Source: Marine Group II euryarchaeote MED-G37 (lineage in GTDB: Archaea > Thermoplasmatota > Poseidoniia > Poseidoniales > Thalassarchaeaceae). From it: a stretch of 64,000 nucleotides of DNA. Below, piece by piece: positions 46,923 through 55,718 of the stretch. The notes beneath the pieces are model-generated. The model searched no databases and was not told the origin of the DNA. It was given only the letters and a program-made list of their open reading frames with translations. The position numbers and the translations under genes are program-made. The DNA is taken from positions 24,860 to 88,859 of the forward strand of contig NTJQ01000004.1 of NCBI GenBank assembly GCA_002457555.1, read 5' to 3'. Every line of letters begins with the position of its first letter. Position 1 is the first letter of the stretch.

Positions 46923-48491
46923 TCAAACTGATTCTCTCAGTTTTGTTGCCCGCTCTTCAAGTGGTTGGCCAACCTCTCTTAGAAGACGTGAACGTAGGGC
47001 TTCATGTAGCCACATTCCACTGTCGAGTTCTAGCATTAAACCACGAGAGACTAGCGCTTCTGGTGGCTTTCCATTGTATCCTGCTGCTAATGCCAATTTT
47101 TCCCAAGGAATGGGTCGGTCGGCTACTGCCAGCAGCGCGAGTAATTCTCGATGATCTTCTGGTAGGACATCTAGAATTTCCTCGTCGAGGAATCTAAGCC
47201 AATCATCATGTAGTGTTTGGCCGTACAATTCCAAAAGTTCGACGGCAAGGGGATGACCTCCTGTGGCTTTGTGAATTTCTTCCGCCGGGGCTTCTGATGG
47301 CAGATTGATTGAAGTAATCCATTCGGCGACTTCCTCCAGAGAAAGTCCAGTCAATCTGAGTTCGACAACCCTACCACGAGTATGTACATCCCGGCGGTCG
47401 TAGAATGCCAAATTAGTTCTCGACACTAGAAGTAATCGCATATTGCTCGACTCTGCTACCTGAAGAAGAGCGCCGAACAAATAGTTACCATCTGAAGCAA
47501 GGTTGTGAACATCGTCCAATATGACAATTAAATCATCATCTCTCCCTCCTCGTTTACCTTCTTCGTCTACCAAGTGAGCGATTAGACGGCGGCGATATTG
47601 ATCGAGGTCTAAATGTGCTCCAGGCTTCATTGGAAGGCTATCCAAGACCCCGTAAGGGTCTTGATTATCCTCATCAGAATTAATTTTCAGCCTGTGTAAA
47701 AGACTCGTTGCGATACCTAAGCTGCTATCCCAGGGCTGACAGGGGTAATACATCACATCGAGTTTAGGTTTATTTTCTAGGGCTAGTTCAAGCCAATGAC
47801 TCGTCAGGGTGGTTTTTCCACATCCTGCAATACCCGATACAACCGCCATAGATGCATTGCCTGCAAACCATTCGTCTAGTACAGCAACCTCGCTATCTCT
47901 TCCGTGAACCGTACGAGTTTCTGGTGGTCTTGTGTGATATGTCGAGTGAGCCCCTGAAAGTAACTTCAGTGACCCTGGTGCCGGTGATTCTTCTGTGTCG
48001 GTTCTAACGATTGCACCAAATCGAATATCACCGAAGTTGAGTACACCTTCGTGTTGGGCATGCATCAATACTTGTAACAGAGTAAGTCCAGTCTCCAATC
48101 GAGAACCAGCCTCATCCGCTCGTACCTCTAGGAGATCCCCATTACGTTCTCGTAACAGTACCTTGGTAGACCGTAGTTCTGGTAATCTGTGTTGTATATG
48201 CTCTCGACCTTCGTCAGTCAGTTGCCAAGTCTTTTGTCTACGCTCATCCCCTCGGACTACTCGAGTGTGTTCGCTTACCATTCCATCGGTTGCCAATTCG
48301 CGCATTGTTCGTGAGACATTAGGAGGATGGAGTGCACAAATTTCAGCTATGCCTGGTCTAGTAACTTCGCGACTGACCAAATAGTGGTCTGCCTGATGGT
48401 CCTGTTCCCAAAGATGTAGCAAAATACGTTCAGCAACAGCGATGTTGACCTTACTGGAGGGGGGTCCCATTGGATTAATCCTCCACAACAC
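46923..48491 (-). CDS. wHTH + P-loop NTPase (AAA+/STAND-like) putative transcriptional regulator
   Basis: 522 aa. N-terminal MarR-like winged helix (GIAEICALHPPNVSRTMRELATDGMVSE). Walker A VVSGIAGCGKTTLT, Walker B LIVILDDVHNL, and a helical C-terminal region. It overlaps the stop of the upstream peptidase gene, or abuts it if the start is 48473. Confidence 0.62.
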   Translation of the reverse strand: MLWRINPMGPPSSKVNIAVAERILLHLWEQDHQADHYLVSREVTRPGIAEICALHPPNVSRTMRELATDGMVSEHTRVVRGDERRQKTWQLTDEGREHIQHRLPELRSTKVLLRERNGDLLEVRADEAGSRLETGLTLLQVLMHAQHEGVLNFGDIRFGAIVRTDTEESPAPGSLKLLSGAHSTYHTRPPETRTVHGRDSEVAVLDEWFAGNASMAVVSGIAGCGKTTLTSHWLELALENKPKLDVMYYPCQPWDSSLGIATSLLHRLKINSDEDNQDPYGVLDSLPMKPGAHLDLDQYRRRLIAHLVDEEGKRGGRDDDLIVILDDVHNLASDGNYLFGALLQVAESSNMRLLLVSRTNLAFYDRRDVHTRGRVVELRLTGLSLEEVAEWITSINLPSEAPAEEIHKATGGHPLAVELLELYGQTLHDDWLRFLDEEILDVLPEDHRELLALLAVADRPIPWEKLALAAGYNGKPPEALVSRGLMLELDSGMWLHEALRSRLLREVGQPLEERATKLRESV

Positions 48492-50298
48492 ATTGAGGGT
48501 AGGGGTCGGTCATCATAGGTGGCATAAACAAATCAACGCAGCCACGATCAACTGTTGAAAGAGAAAGGATGCTAGTGGCGCCTACGCCAACGGTTACTGC
48601 TTGCATAGATACTGGACTTGGGATGTAGTCCTCGCCGGTTTGAGTGATAATGAGGTGAATTCCGTCGCCGGCAGGAATCAATACATCCATTCCGAAGAAT
48701 TCCATCTTTGCATTGACCGTTTCTCCTGGACCAAGCACTTCTCCTTCTTTTCCACCGGCGTGGAATCGAAGATCCATTACTGCGTGTCCAAGGTGCATGT
48801 CATTGCTAGCCTGTACCATCTCGATGAATAGATGGCCACTAGTAGAGAAAGCGGACACGGTTGCGTCTACGTGGAAGGTTGGTGTCCCTACTATTCGAGT
48901 ATTCTCTTCAAAGAATGGACACTCGACTCTCATGAATGAGCTGGATGTAATTGTCTCTCCGCCGCCGATTATAGTGCATTCATCCATCCCAAAACGAATC
49001 CAGTCTTGGTTGGCTGGTGGATATGTTTCTTCTACTCTCCAGCCACCCATATTGTCCTGAACCTCTGCGATCAATCTAGGCTGAGGTCCCTTTTCCAGGA
49101 GATAGTAATCGAACCATTCGAGCAAATCATCTGCCCAGTCCCACCTCAATGTGAATGGGAAGGCTTCCCCTCCGCGGCCACTGGAAAGCCCTTGGTGGCC
49201 GCTCATACGGTCGGGGTAATCGTGCCCCCACTGGCCGTAAAGGCCCTTTACTTCAAAGCCGGCATCTTCCATCATACGGTGAACTGGGAAGGCCATGTGA
49301 GGGTCTACGTTCCAATCTTGCAAACCATGAATGATGTATACAGATCCTTTGTAATTTTGAATCGCTCGCTCAAGGAAGTGCCGTTCCTCCCAATAATCTG
49401 AACCTAACCAGGCCAAGTTATCACCTGTCATGTATGCCAATGGTCCAGCGTAGTATCCTTCGACATAACCTTCGCAAGCATTCTCTATATCTCCGGAGTC
49501 TCCATCTAGACCAAAGCTACCGTAGACTCCATTGTGCATTATGGCTCCTCTGGCTTCCATGCTGCCATTACGCCACATGAGATCCTGCACTCCGACGAGT
49601 CCGGACATTGGCACGATGGTCTTCAGATATTCAGAGCCCATGGCCGCAGCCTCCCAAGGAGTTGAGCCGTCGTAGGATTTACCGATTATCCCGACGGCCC
49701 CATTCGAGAAGGGAGCACTTCCAAGATATTCCACTGCGGCGTGTATACCCTCTTGTTCATCTAGACCCATTAGATCCATACAATGATTCGAGTTGCCTGT
49801 TCCAAATACGCTAACCTGAGCTACTCCATATCCATGTGGAACGAAGTTTTCTATTAAGAACCGGCCTAGACGATTAGCAGGAGTCAGTGCATCGACATCC
49901 CCGTCGTCATAATAAGGCCCAATTTCGGCGATTACGGGTACTTTGCATTCCTCAGGAAGTTCTGTTGCATCGTAATCGCAGCCTTCTATCTGAGGGAGCC
50001 AAAGTCCGAGATGCACCTCTGCCCCGCCGGTTACACCTGCTCCTCCGTCGGCGGTTGTAATTGTTGGAACAGAGACGTAAATCGAACGTACGATATCGAT
50101 TCCATATGTTCCATTCCAAGATACTCGACTGAATACATCACTGTTATCATAAACCAAATTTTCCCGTTCTTCGACGGAAGGAAGCCAATGTTCTGGATTT
50201 CCCGAATCTCCAATATTTATGCCATCCCCAAAACAACCTGACAACATTGGGGCTGTGAATAACAGCGCCAACAGAAGGCTGACGGTGGTACGAGACAC
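48475..50298 (-). CDS. Secreted or lipid-anchored CocE/NonD-family serine hydrolase (X-Pro dipeptidyl-peptidase S15-like)
   Basis: 607 aa from a GTG start. Signal with lipobox-like LSGC (LLLALLFTAPMLSGCFG). Nucleophile elbow IIGKSYDGS. HGLQDWNV and a C-terminal beta-sandwich typical of the S15 family. Confidence 0.72.
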   Translation of the reverse strand: MSRTTVSLLLALLFTAPMLSGCFGDGINIGDSGNPEHWLPSVEERENLVYDNSDVFSRVSWNGTYGIDIVRSIYVSVPTITTADGGAGVTGGAEVHLGLWLPQIEGCDYDATELPEECKVPVIAEIGPYYDDGDVDALTPANRLGRFLIENFVPHGYGVAQVSVFGTGNSNHCMDLMGLDEQEGIHAAVEYLGSAPFSNGAVGIIGKSYDGSTPWEAAAMGSEYLKTIVPMSGLVGVQDLMWRNGSMEARGAIMHNGVYGSFGLDGDSGDIENACEGYVEGYYAGPLAYMTGDNLAWLGSDYWEERHFLERAIQNYKGSVYIIHGLQDWNVDPHMAFPVHRMMEDAGFEVKGLYGQWGHDYPDRMSGHQGLSSGRGGEAFPFTLRWDWADDLLEWFDYYLLEKGPQPRLIAEVQDNMGGWRVEETYPPANQDWIRFGMDECTIIGGGETITSSSFMRVECPFFEENTRIVGTPTFHVDATVSAFSTSGHLFIEMVQASNDMHLGHAVMDLRFHAGGKEGEVLGPGETVNAKMEFFGMDVLIPAGDGIHLIITQTGEDYIPSPVSMQAVTVGVGATSILSLSTVDRGCVDLFMPPMMTDPYPQCVVED

Positions 50299-50359
50299 GC
50301 GCTACGCGCGTGCTCAACTACTCAAGAGAGTTCTGACGAATAGTGCGTAGAAAAAAACA

Positions 50360-50380
50360 AAAATTGAGAAATTCAATTTT
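50360..50380. promoter_or_regulatory. 8-bp inverted repeat AAAATTGA-N5-TCAATTTT in the divergent promoter region between the S15-like peptidase and the M32 carboxypeptidase
   Basis: Read directly; perfect arms with a 5-nt spacer (GAAAT). Candidate operator for a dimeric regulator. Confidence 0.3.
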
Positions 50381-50430
50381 GAATAGGTCGTATCGAAGGG
50401 TTTGATGAGGAGCGTCGACTCGGCCCTTAC

Positions 50431-51933
50431 ATGGATGCTTACGATGAGTTACTCGAACGTCTGAAGAACATTGATTTAATTTCACAAATCGGTAGTCTAT
50501 TAGGCTGGGATCAAGAAGTATTGATGCCCCCCAAAGCCGCTGCTCTCAGAGCCGAACAATTGGCTTGGATGTCAAAAACTGGACACGAAGCGACAACTGA
50601 TCCTAGAATTGGAGAATTACTCGCCGATTTGGACGGCAGAGACAACCTAAATGACGTGCAAGCAGCCAACGTTCGTCTAGCACGCGACATGTATGATAAA
50701 GCCACAAAACTACCAACAGAATTCGTCGAAGAGATGGCAAAGCACAAATCCCAATCTCTGATATCTTGGCAGAAGGCTAGAGCAGAGGATGATTTCTCGA
50801 TTTTTCGAGACGACCTTGCAAAAATGGTAGACTTGGCTCGACAAAAAGCCGACTATTTGGGATATGAGGAGCTTCGCTACGATGCTCTATTGGATATCTA
50901 TGAATCCGGCCTCAGTGTGTCACGAGTCGACCCCTTATTCGCTGGATTGAGAGAAAATGTTGCACCTCTTGTAAAGGCGGTAGTGGAACGAGGGGAGCGC
51001 CCAGAAATGGGTTTCATCGAGAACAATTCTTGGAGTCAGTCAGGGCAAGAAGCTCTTTCGCAATCTGTCTCAGAAGCCCTTGGCTTCGACTTTGCTGCAG
51101 GACGCCGTGATGCATCTACTCATCCGTTCTGTGGTGGCCCAAATCCTGACGATGTACGTTGGACGACTCGGTATTCAGAAAGTGATCCATTTGGGTCGTT
51201 ATACGGTTCAATGCATGAGACGGGACACGGTCTGTACGAACAAGGTAGGCCGCGTAACCTAGACTTCCAACCTGCTGGACAGGCCAATGGACTGGGTGTA
51301 CATGAAAGTCAAAGTAGACTATTCGAAAATCAAGTTGGTCGAAGCAGGGAATTCTGTGAATGGGCATTGCCAATTTGGAAGGAAAATTTCCCAGAAAATA
51401 TGGATGGAGTTAGTGCAGAAGATCTCTGGAGGGCTGTTAATCTAGTCGAGCCTAGTTTGATTCGCGTAGAAGCTGACGAGGCTACCTACAATCTCCATAT
51501 AATGATTCGATATGAAGTCGAGAAGAGGTTAATCGCAGGTGAAATCGAAGTCGACGATCTCCCTGAGGTATGGGACGATATGTACGAAGAATTCCTAGGG
51601 ATCAGAGCACCAAACCGAACTCTCGGGGTTCTACAAGACATACACTGGTCTATGGGTGCCTTCGGGTATTTCCCAACCTATACCCTCGGAAACCTCTACG
51701 CAGCGCAACTTCTTGCCAAGGCACGAGAAGATCTTCCAGACCATGATGAGAAAATTCGCAACGGAGACTTTGCGCCGATTTTGAACTGGATGCGCGCGCG
51801 CGTGCACGCGCGAGGGAGTATCCTTGAGCCAGCCGCCTTAATCGAGGAGGCAACCGGTTCACCGCCATCTCCAGACGCATTCGTAGAATATCTTCGCGAT
51901 AAGGTCGAGCGACTCTATGGATTGACCACATAG
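50431..51933 (+). CDS. Carboxypeptidase Taq (M32) metallopeptidase
   Basis: 500 aa. HETGHGLYEQG (HExxH), HPFCGG, IRVEADEATYNLHI and HWSMGAFGYFPTYTLG motifs. Confidence 0.9.
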   Translation: MDAYDELLERLKNIDLISQIGSLLGWDQEVLMPPKAAALRAEQLAWMSKTGHEATTDPRIGELLADLDGRDNLNDVQAANVRLARDMYDKATKLPTEFVEEMAKHKSQSLISWQKARAEDDFSIFRDDLAKMVDLARQKADYLGYEELRYDALLDIYESGLSVSRVDPLFAGLRENVAPLVKAVVERGERPEMGFIENNSWSQSGQEALSQSVSEALGFDFAAGRRDASTHPFCGGPNPDDVRWTTRYSESDPFGSLYGSMHETGHGLYEQGRPRNLDFQPAGQANGLGVHESQSRLFENQVGRSREFCEWALPIWKENFPENMDGVSAEDLWRAVNLVEPSLIRVEADEATYNLHIMIRYEVEKRLIAGEIEVDDLPEVWDDMYEEFLGIRAPNRTLGVLQDIHWSMGAFGYFPTYTLGNLYAAQLLAKAREDLPDHDEKIRNGDFAPILNWMRARVHARGSILEPAALIEEATGSPPSPDAFVEYLRDKVERLYGLTT

Positions 51934-51972
51934 ATACAAAACTACGATATTTGGCAGTCGAGTAGCGGCTTT

Positions 51973-53199
51973 GTGACCGGACTTTCCATTGAGTCTATCT
52001 CCTCCTATGTGCGAGACCTTTCTAGCTCCTGTTCCGCATTACTTCTAGTCGAGGATTTACTATTCGCTGGCTCGCACGATGGCTTACTTGTTTCCTGGGA
52101 TGCTTCCAGCGGAGTTGAACGCTGGAGAGTTTCGATTGATGGCCCAATATCAGATTTTTCTCTTGATTTAGATACTCTTTTTGTTACATCATCAGATTCG
52201 CTGTATTCAATTGATGTGAGTGATGGCTCCATCCTTTGGAATAGAGAGTTAGAAGGCGCTAGTGACTATGTCGTTGCTTTGGATGGGATTGTTTGGGCAA
52301 CTTCTTCTGTATACGAATTAGAGGTTGCGGACTTTATTGAGAATACAGTATGGCGATTCGATGCGGATGGTAAAGAACTCGAGCGCTGGGATATCTCAGA
52401 GAAGCCATGGCACATAGGCTTGGACAAAGAAGGGAGCCTTCTACTCGGAATTGGCTTACCTCGTTGTGGTGTGGCCAAGATATCTTCTGGAGAAAAGCGA
52501 TTGCAATTCATTTTGAAACCACTTTCTACTTATGAAAACGGATATGATATACGAAGATCCCCGGTTACTTGTGGAGATTGTAGTGCCGATTTTTTCTACG
52601 CACCTGGTCCTTATTCCAAATCTCCTGAGGAAGAAAACTGGGTATGGGAAAATGATCCACAGCTAACAAAGAGATTGTCTTTTGGAGTAACTGGAAGTGA
52701 TGTGACGGCAGTGAAATCTACTGGTTTTGGATTTGTATATGGGACTTCAACTGGCTTTTATTATTATTCTGGATGTGAAGGAACTGGAGCGATTACAAAA
52801 GACGGATTAGTCATTCAAGGTAATCGCACTGATCTTGTAAAAATCAATGGTTCCATTGATGCCGTCGCAGGTCTTGGAACCAGTATCTGGCTATCGTATT
52901 ATGACTCAAGAGATTCCAGACCTTCACATCAACATAAGATAGGTTTGTTTCGGGAAATTACACAGGATGACACTTACCGTGAAAATGGAAAGCATCATTT
53001 TATTCCCCATGATTCTCGTATACGTCTGATGGATTCCTCTGATGATATTCTAGTGATGGGTGATGAGCAAGGGAGAGTTTTCGTGATTGAATCCGAAGTA
53101 GCACAAAGAAGGATTGATTTCCCTAGTTTCTCCGAACCAAGAAATGACCCGAAAGAATCCGAGCTTAGAGCTCGTCTAAGGATGTTAAGAAATCGATAA
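51973..53199 (+). CDS. PQQ-like/WD40-like beta-propeller repeat protein
   Basis: 408 aa from a GTG start. Repeats of the type LFAGSHDGLLVSWDASSGVERWRV and LFVTSSDSLYSIDVSDGSILWNR (BamB/PQQ-repeat pattern). Confidence 0.65.
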   Translation: MTGLSIESISSYVRDLSSSCSALLLVEDLLFAGSHDGLLVSWDASSGVERWRVSIDGPISDFSLDLDTLFVTSSDSLYSIDVSDGSILWNRELEGASDYVVALDGIVWATSSVYELEVADFIENTVWRFDADGKELERWDISEKPWHIGLDKEGSLLLGIGLPRCGVAKISSGEKRLQFILKPLSTYENGYDIRRSPVTCGDCSADFFYAPGPYSKSPEEENWVWENDPQLTKRLSFGVTGSDVTAVKSTGFGFVYGTSTGFYYYSGCEGTGAITKDGLVIQGNRTDLVKINGSIDAVAGLGTSIWLSYYDSRDSRPSHQHKIGLFREITQDDTYRENGKHHFIPHDSRIRLMDSSDDILVMGDEQGRVFVIESEVAQRRIDFPSFSEPRNDPKESELRARLRMLRNR

Positions 53200-53269
53200 T
53201 TCCCGGCCTGAAGTGCAGTGGAAATTAACACCCTATGACCCCTATTTCCGGTCCACAGTACCTCATTTA

Positions 53270-53284
53270 GCGAAATGTTTATTA
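53270..53284 (+). promoter_or_regulatory. BRE/TATA-like element (GCGAAATG-TTTATTA) that could drive + strand transcription of the ORF-free island
   Basis: TTTATTA at 53278..53284 is preceded by purine-rich CGAAA. The predicted TSS near 53310 lies just upstream of the cUUCGg hairpin. No flanking gene needs a promoter here, because both neighbours end at this gap. Confidence 0.3.
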
Positions 53285-53309
53285 GCCTCTGTCTTTCAGA
53301 CCAAACTTG

Positions 53310-54010
53310 CCGCTCAGGGAGAGTGGTGTGGTGCTTGCTTCGGCAAACACCGCGGGCCACAGAACCGAACCCCGAACTCGGGGTGGTAGAACCGGAAACC
53401 GCAAGGAGACCGGGGATAATCAAACCTGGCACTTGGGTCAGGGGAGATACGGTCGAACTGAGGTGGATAAAACCGGACGAAAGAAAGGGGAAAGAAGCCA
53501 CAGGGAAAGTTGGGGAAAACACAACCGCACTGCTTAGGCAGGGAAAACGCATACCGTGCCAACTAACTAGACCGTGAGTGCATAAGCAAAGAGCGAGAGA
53601 ACCAGAGATGGGAAAAGCTTGAGGCGGATTTGTGGGGAACAAAGGAAGACGAAAACCGGACGTAAGGAAGGGGAAAAGAAACCAGAGGGAAACACAGCGG
53701 GAACAAGAGCGCGGAGACGCGTGGAGGACCGGCACTCATTCCAAAAAACAAACCGGTGAGAGCCGGAGAGGGAAATGGAAACGCAGAAACGGGGAGCGAT
53801 CCTCGAAAAAGCGGGAAACGACGAAACAGCTCCTCGGAGCAATGTAGTCATCTACCCGGGAAAAAAAGGGCGCAAGCCCGGATGGAACCGGACCCTGCGG
53901 AGATAGTAGGGGGGGATGCTCCCCCATGTGCAGAACCCCCTGCTACTCCCACCTTGTACCAAAGTACGGCTGAGCCCCATTCCATCTAACTATCAATCAT
54001 TGCGGAGTAT
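53310..54010 (+). ncRNA. Candidate large (about 0.7 kb) structured non-coding RNA, unclassified
   Basis: The 861-nt gap lies between convergent gene ends. Strong purine bias on the + strand (50 of 60 nt in 53641..53700). Hairpins: cUUCGg-capped stem of about 11 bp (53328..53353), CCCCG-AACT-CGGGG (53370..53383), CCGG-AAA-CC-GCAA-GG-AGA-CCGG (53392..53413), CGCG-GAGA-CGCG (53710..53721), GGGC-GCAA-GCCC (53868..53879) and GGGGG-ATGCT-CCCCC (53911..53925). T-rich stretch after 54005. The boundaries are estimates. Confidence 0.4.
53383..53892 (+). repeat. Five dispersed copies of a GGWGG(N2-4)AACCGG(A/T) module, including one clear 50-75-nt duplication
   Basis: AACCGGA at 53390, 53471, 53654 and 53886, and AACCGGT at 53751. 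TGAGGTGGAT-AAAACCGGACGAAAGAAAGGGGAAAGAAGCCACAGGGAAA (53459..) is matched by TGAGGCGGAT-[22-nt insert]-AAAACCGGACGTAAGGAAGGGGAAAAGAAACCAGAGGGAAA (53620..). Confidence 0.6.
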
Positions 54011-54060
54011 TTCTCCCCTCAAAGTTAGATTTCACTTGTTACGAACAACATCCAGTCGGA

Positions 54061-55662
54061 CTAATCTTTAGGCCCAATCATTTCTCTAGGTTTCACCCAT
54101 TGGTCGAATTGATCGTTTGTAACCAGGCCCAGTTCAAGCGCAGACTCTCTAAGTGTAGAACCGCTTGAATGTGCATGTTTAGCAATCTTTGCTGCACCAT
54201 CGTACCCTATGTGGTTGTTGAGAGCTGTGACCAGCATCAAACTATTTTCTAGATGGGATGCAATCACTCCTTCATTGGCCTCAAGTCCATCAACACATTT
54301 CTCGGTAAAGGCCCTACAAGTGTCTGCAAGTAATCTGGTGCTGTGTAGCAAATTGTAGATCATCAAGGGCTTGTACACATTGAGTTCGAAATTTCCTTGA
54401 CTACCTCCGACGCTAATTGCTGTGTGATTACCCATTACTTGGCAACATACCATAGTCATCGCTTCGGCTTGAGTTGGATTGACTTTTCCTGGCATTATGC
54501 TAGAACCTGGTTCGTTGGCTGGTAGAGATAATTCACCAAAGCCACAGCGGGGGCCCGAGCCCATCCAACGAATATCGTTTGCAATCTTCATTAGGCTTGC
54601 AGCTAGAGTGTTTAGTGCCCCTGATGCAGCAACAATTGCATCATGAGCCGCTAGTTGCGCAAATTTGTTTTCTGCCGAGACGAATGGTAATTGGGTCTTC
54701 TCGGCGATTCTATCAGCGACTTTGTCCGCGAATTCGTAATGGGTGTTTAGCCCCGTTCCAACTGCTGTTCCGCCTAATGCTAACTCCAGTAAATCGTCCC
54801 ATGCTGCTTCAATTCGGCGGATATCGGATGAAAGCATTGAAGCATAGCCTCCAAACTCTTGGCCTAGAGTTAGTGGTACTGCATCCATTAGGTGAGTTCG
54901 GCCAATCTTCACTATATTCTCGAACTCATCGGCCTTTACTGCGAGAGCGTTGTGCAGTAATCGAACTGCAGGTAATAATCGATGGTGAATTTCCTCGGCG
55001 GCTGCTATATGCATCGCTGTGGGAAAAGTATCGTTACTGGATTGACCACGATTTACGTGATCATTAGGGTGCACAGGCGATTTGCTACCCAATTCACCTC
55101 CTGCCATCTCTATTGCTCGATTAGCAATGACTTCGTTGCTATTCATGTTAGTCTGTGTTCCAGACCCCGTTTGCCAAACTCGGAGTGGGAAATGTTCGTC
55201 CAATGAACCAGATATCACCTCGTCACAGGCTGAAGAGATTAGAGCACCAATCTGAGGGTCGAGTTGGCCGAGTTCGACATTAGTTTCTGCTGCTGCTTGT
55301 TTTAGTATTCCAAAGGCTCTGATTAATGATGGAGCCATCTTATCTGTACCTATATCGAAGTTGATTAATGAACGGGCGGTTTGTGCCCCAAAGTATCGGT
55401 CCGCCGGAACTTCTAACTCACCCATGGTGTCTCTTTCGATTCTAATTTCACCTGTTACACCGGATGCGCTTCTTTGCTGGATAGAGGAGTTTTGCGATGG
55501 TGCAATTTGCTCGGTTTCCAAACCGCTTTGAATCATTTTTGTTATTGTAGCGGATCTGCCATCATTTCGGCCCTTTCCGACCCTTCTATCTAACTTCCTT
55601 GCAAGCTCTTCGGGTATGCTGATACTGATTATCCGGCGGTCGCCCGCTCTGTGTTTGGCCAT
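54061..55662 (-). CDS. fumC: Class II fumarate hydratase with an N-terminal ribbon-helix-helix (CopG/NikR-like) extension
   Basis: 533 aa. The core begins [30 protein letters not shown] and carries the signature [13 protein letters not shown]. The preceding ~70 aa ([41 protein letters not shown]) have the RHH strand-helix-helix pattern. Confidence 0.88.
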   Translation of the reverse strand: MAKHRAGDRRIISISIPEELARKLDRRVGKGRNDGRSATITKMIQSGLETEQIAPSQNSSIQQRSASGVTGEIRIERDTMGELEVPADRYFGAQTARSLINFDIGTDKMAPSLIRAFGILKQAAAETNVELGQLDPQIGALISSACDEVISGSLDEHFPLRVWQTGSGTQTNMNSNEVIANRAIEMAGGELGSKSPVHPNDHVNRGQSSNDTFPTAMHIAAAEEIHHRLLPAVRLLHNALAVKADEFENIVKIGRTHLMDAVPLTLGQEFGGYASMLSSDIRRIEAAWDDLLELALGGTAVGTGLNTHYEFADKVADRIAEKTQLPFVSAENKFAQLAAHDAIVAASGALNTLAASLMKIANDIRWMGSGPRCGFGELSLPANEPGSSIMPGKVNPTQAEAMTMVCCQVMGNHTAISVGGSQGNFELNVYKPLMIYNLLHSTRLLADTCRAFTEKCVDGLEANEGVIASHLENSLMLVTALNNHIGYDGAAKIAKHAHSSGSTLRESALELGLVTNDQFDQWVKPREMIGPKD

Positions 55663-55680
55663 AAACAGCCGGTTAATTAG

Positions 55681-55692
55681 TTATTAATAAAA
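55681..55692 (-). promoter_or_regulatory. TATA-like element (TTTTATTAATAA on the minus strand) 18 nt upstream of the fumC ATG
   Basis: AT-rich palindromic tract 55671..55700. The spacing suits a leaderless or short-leader transcript. Confidence 0.25.
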
Positions 55693-55718
55693 TTAATTAT
55701 TGGCTTTCTGTGCGGCGG

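Noticed and set aside
52995-53989. ORF-track entries inside the ORF-free island: 52995..53735 (-), 53275..53577 (+), 53307..53537 (+), 53314..53562 (-), 53563..53851 (-), 53632..53847 (+), 53736..53927 (-) and 53756..53989 (+)
   Set aside because: They overlap one another in several frames on both strands. They encode low-complexity K/R/G/E-rich or S/P/F/L-rich peptides with no motifs, in contrast to the acidic proteome elsewhere. The longest also overlaps the 3' end of a well-supported gene. They are best explained as by-products of purine/pyrimidine strand bias.
53200-54060. Possibility that the island is RNase P RNA, SRP (7S) RNA or 5S rRNA
   Set aside because: I could not find the RNase P CR-I core (GGAAAGUCC; the nearest is GGGAAAGUUGGGG, with the conserved C replaced). 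No convincing P4 partner could be drawn. The SRP helix-8 motif GGUCCGGAAGGAAGCAGC is absent. There is also no 5S-like sequence. The region is longer than any of these RNAs. A covariance-model scan is still required.
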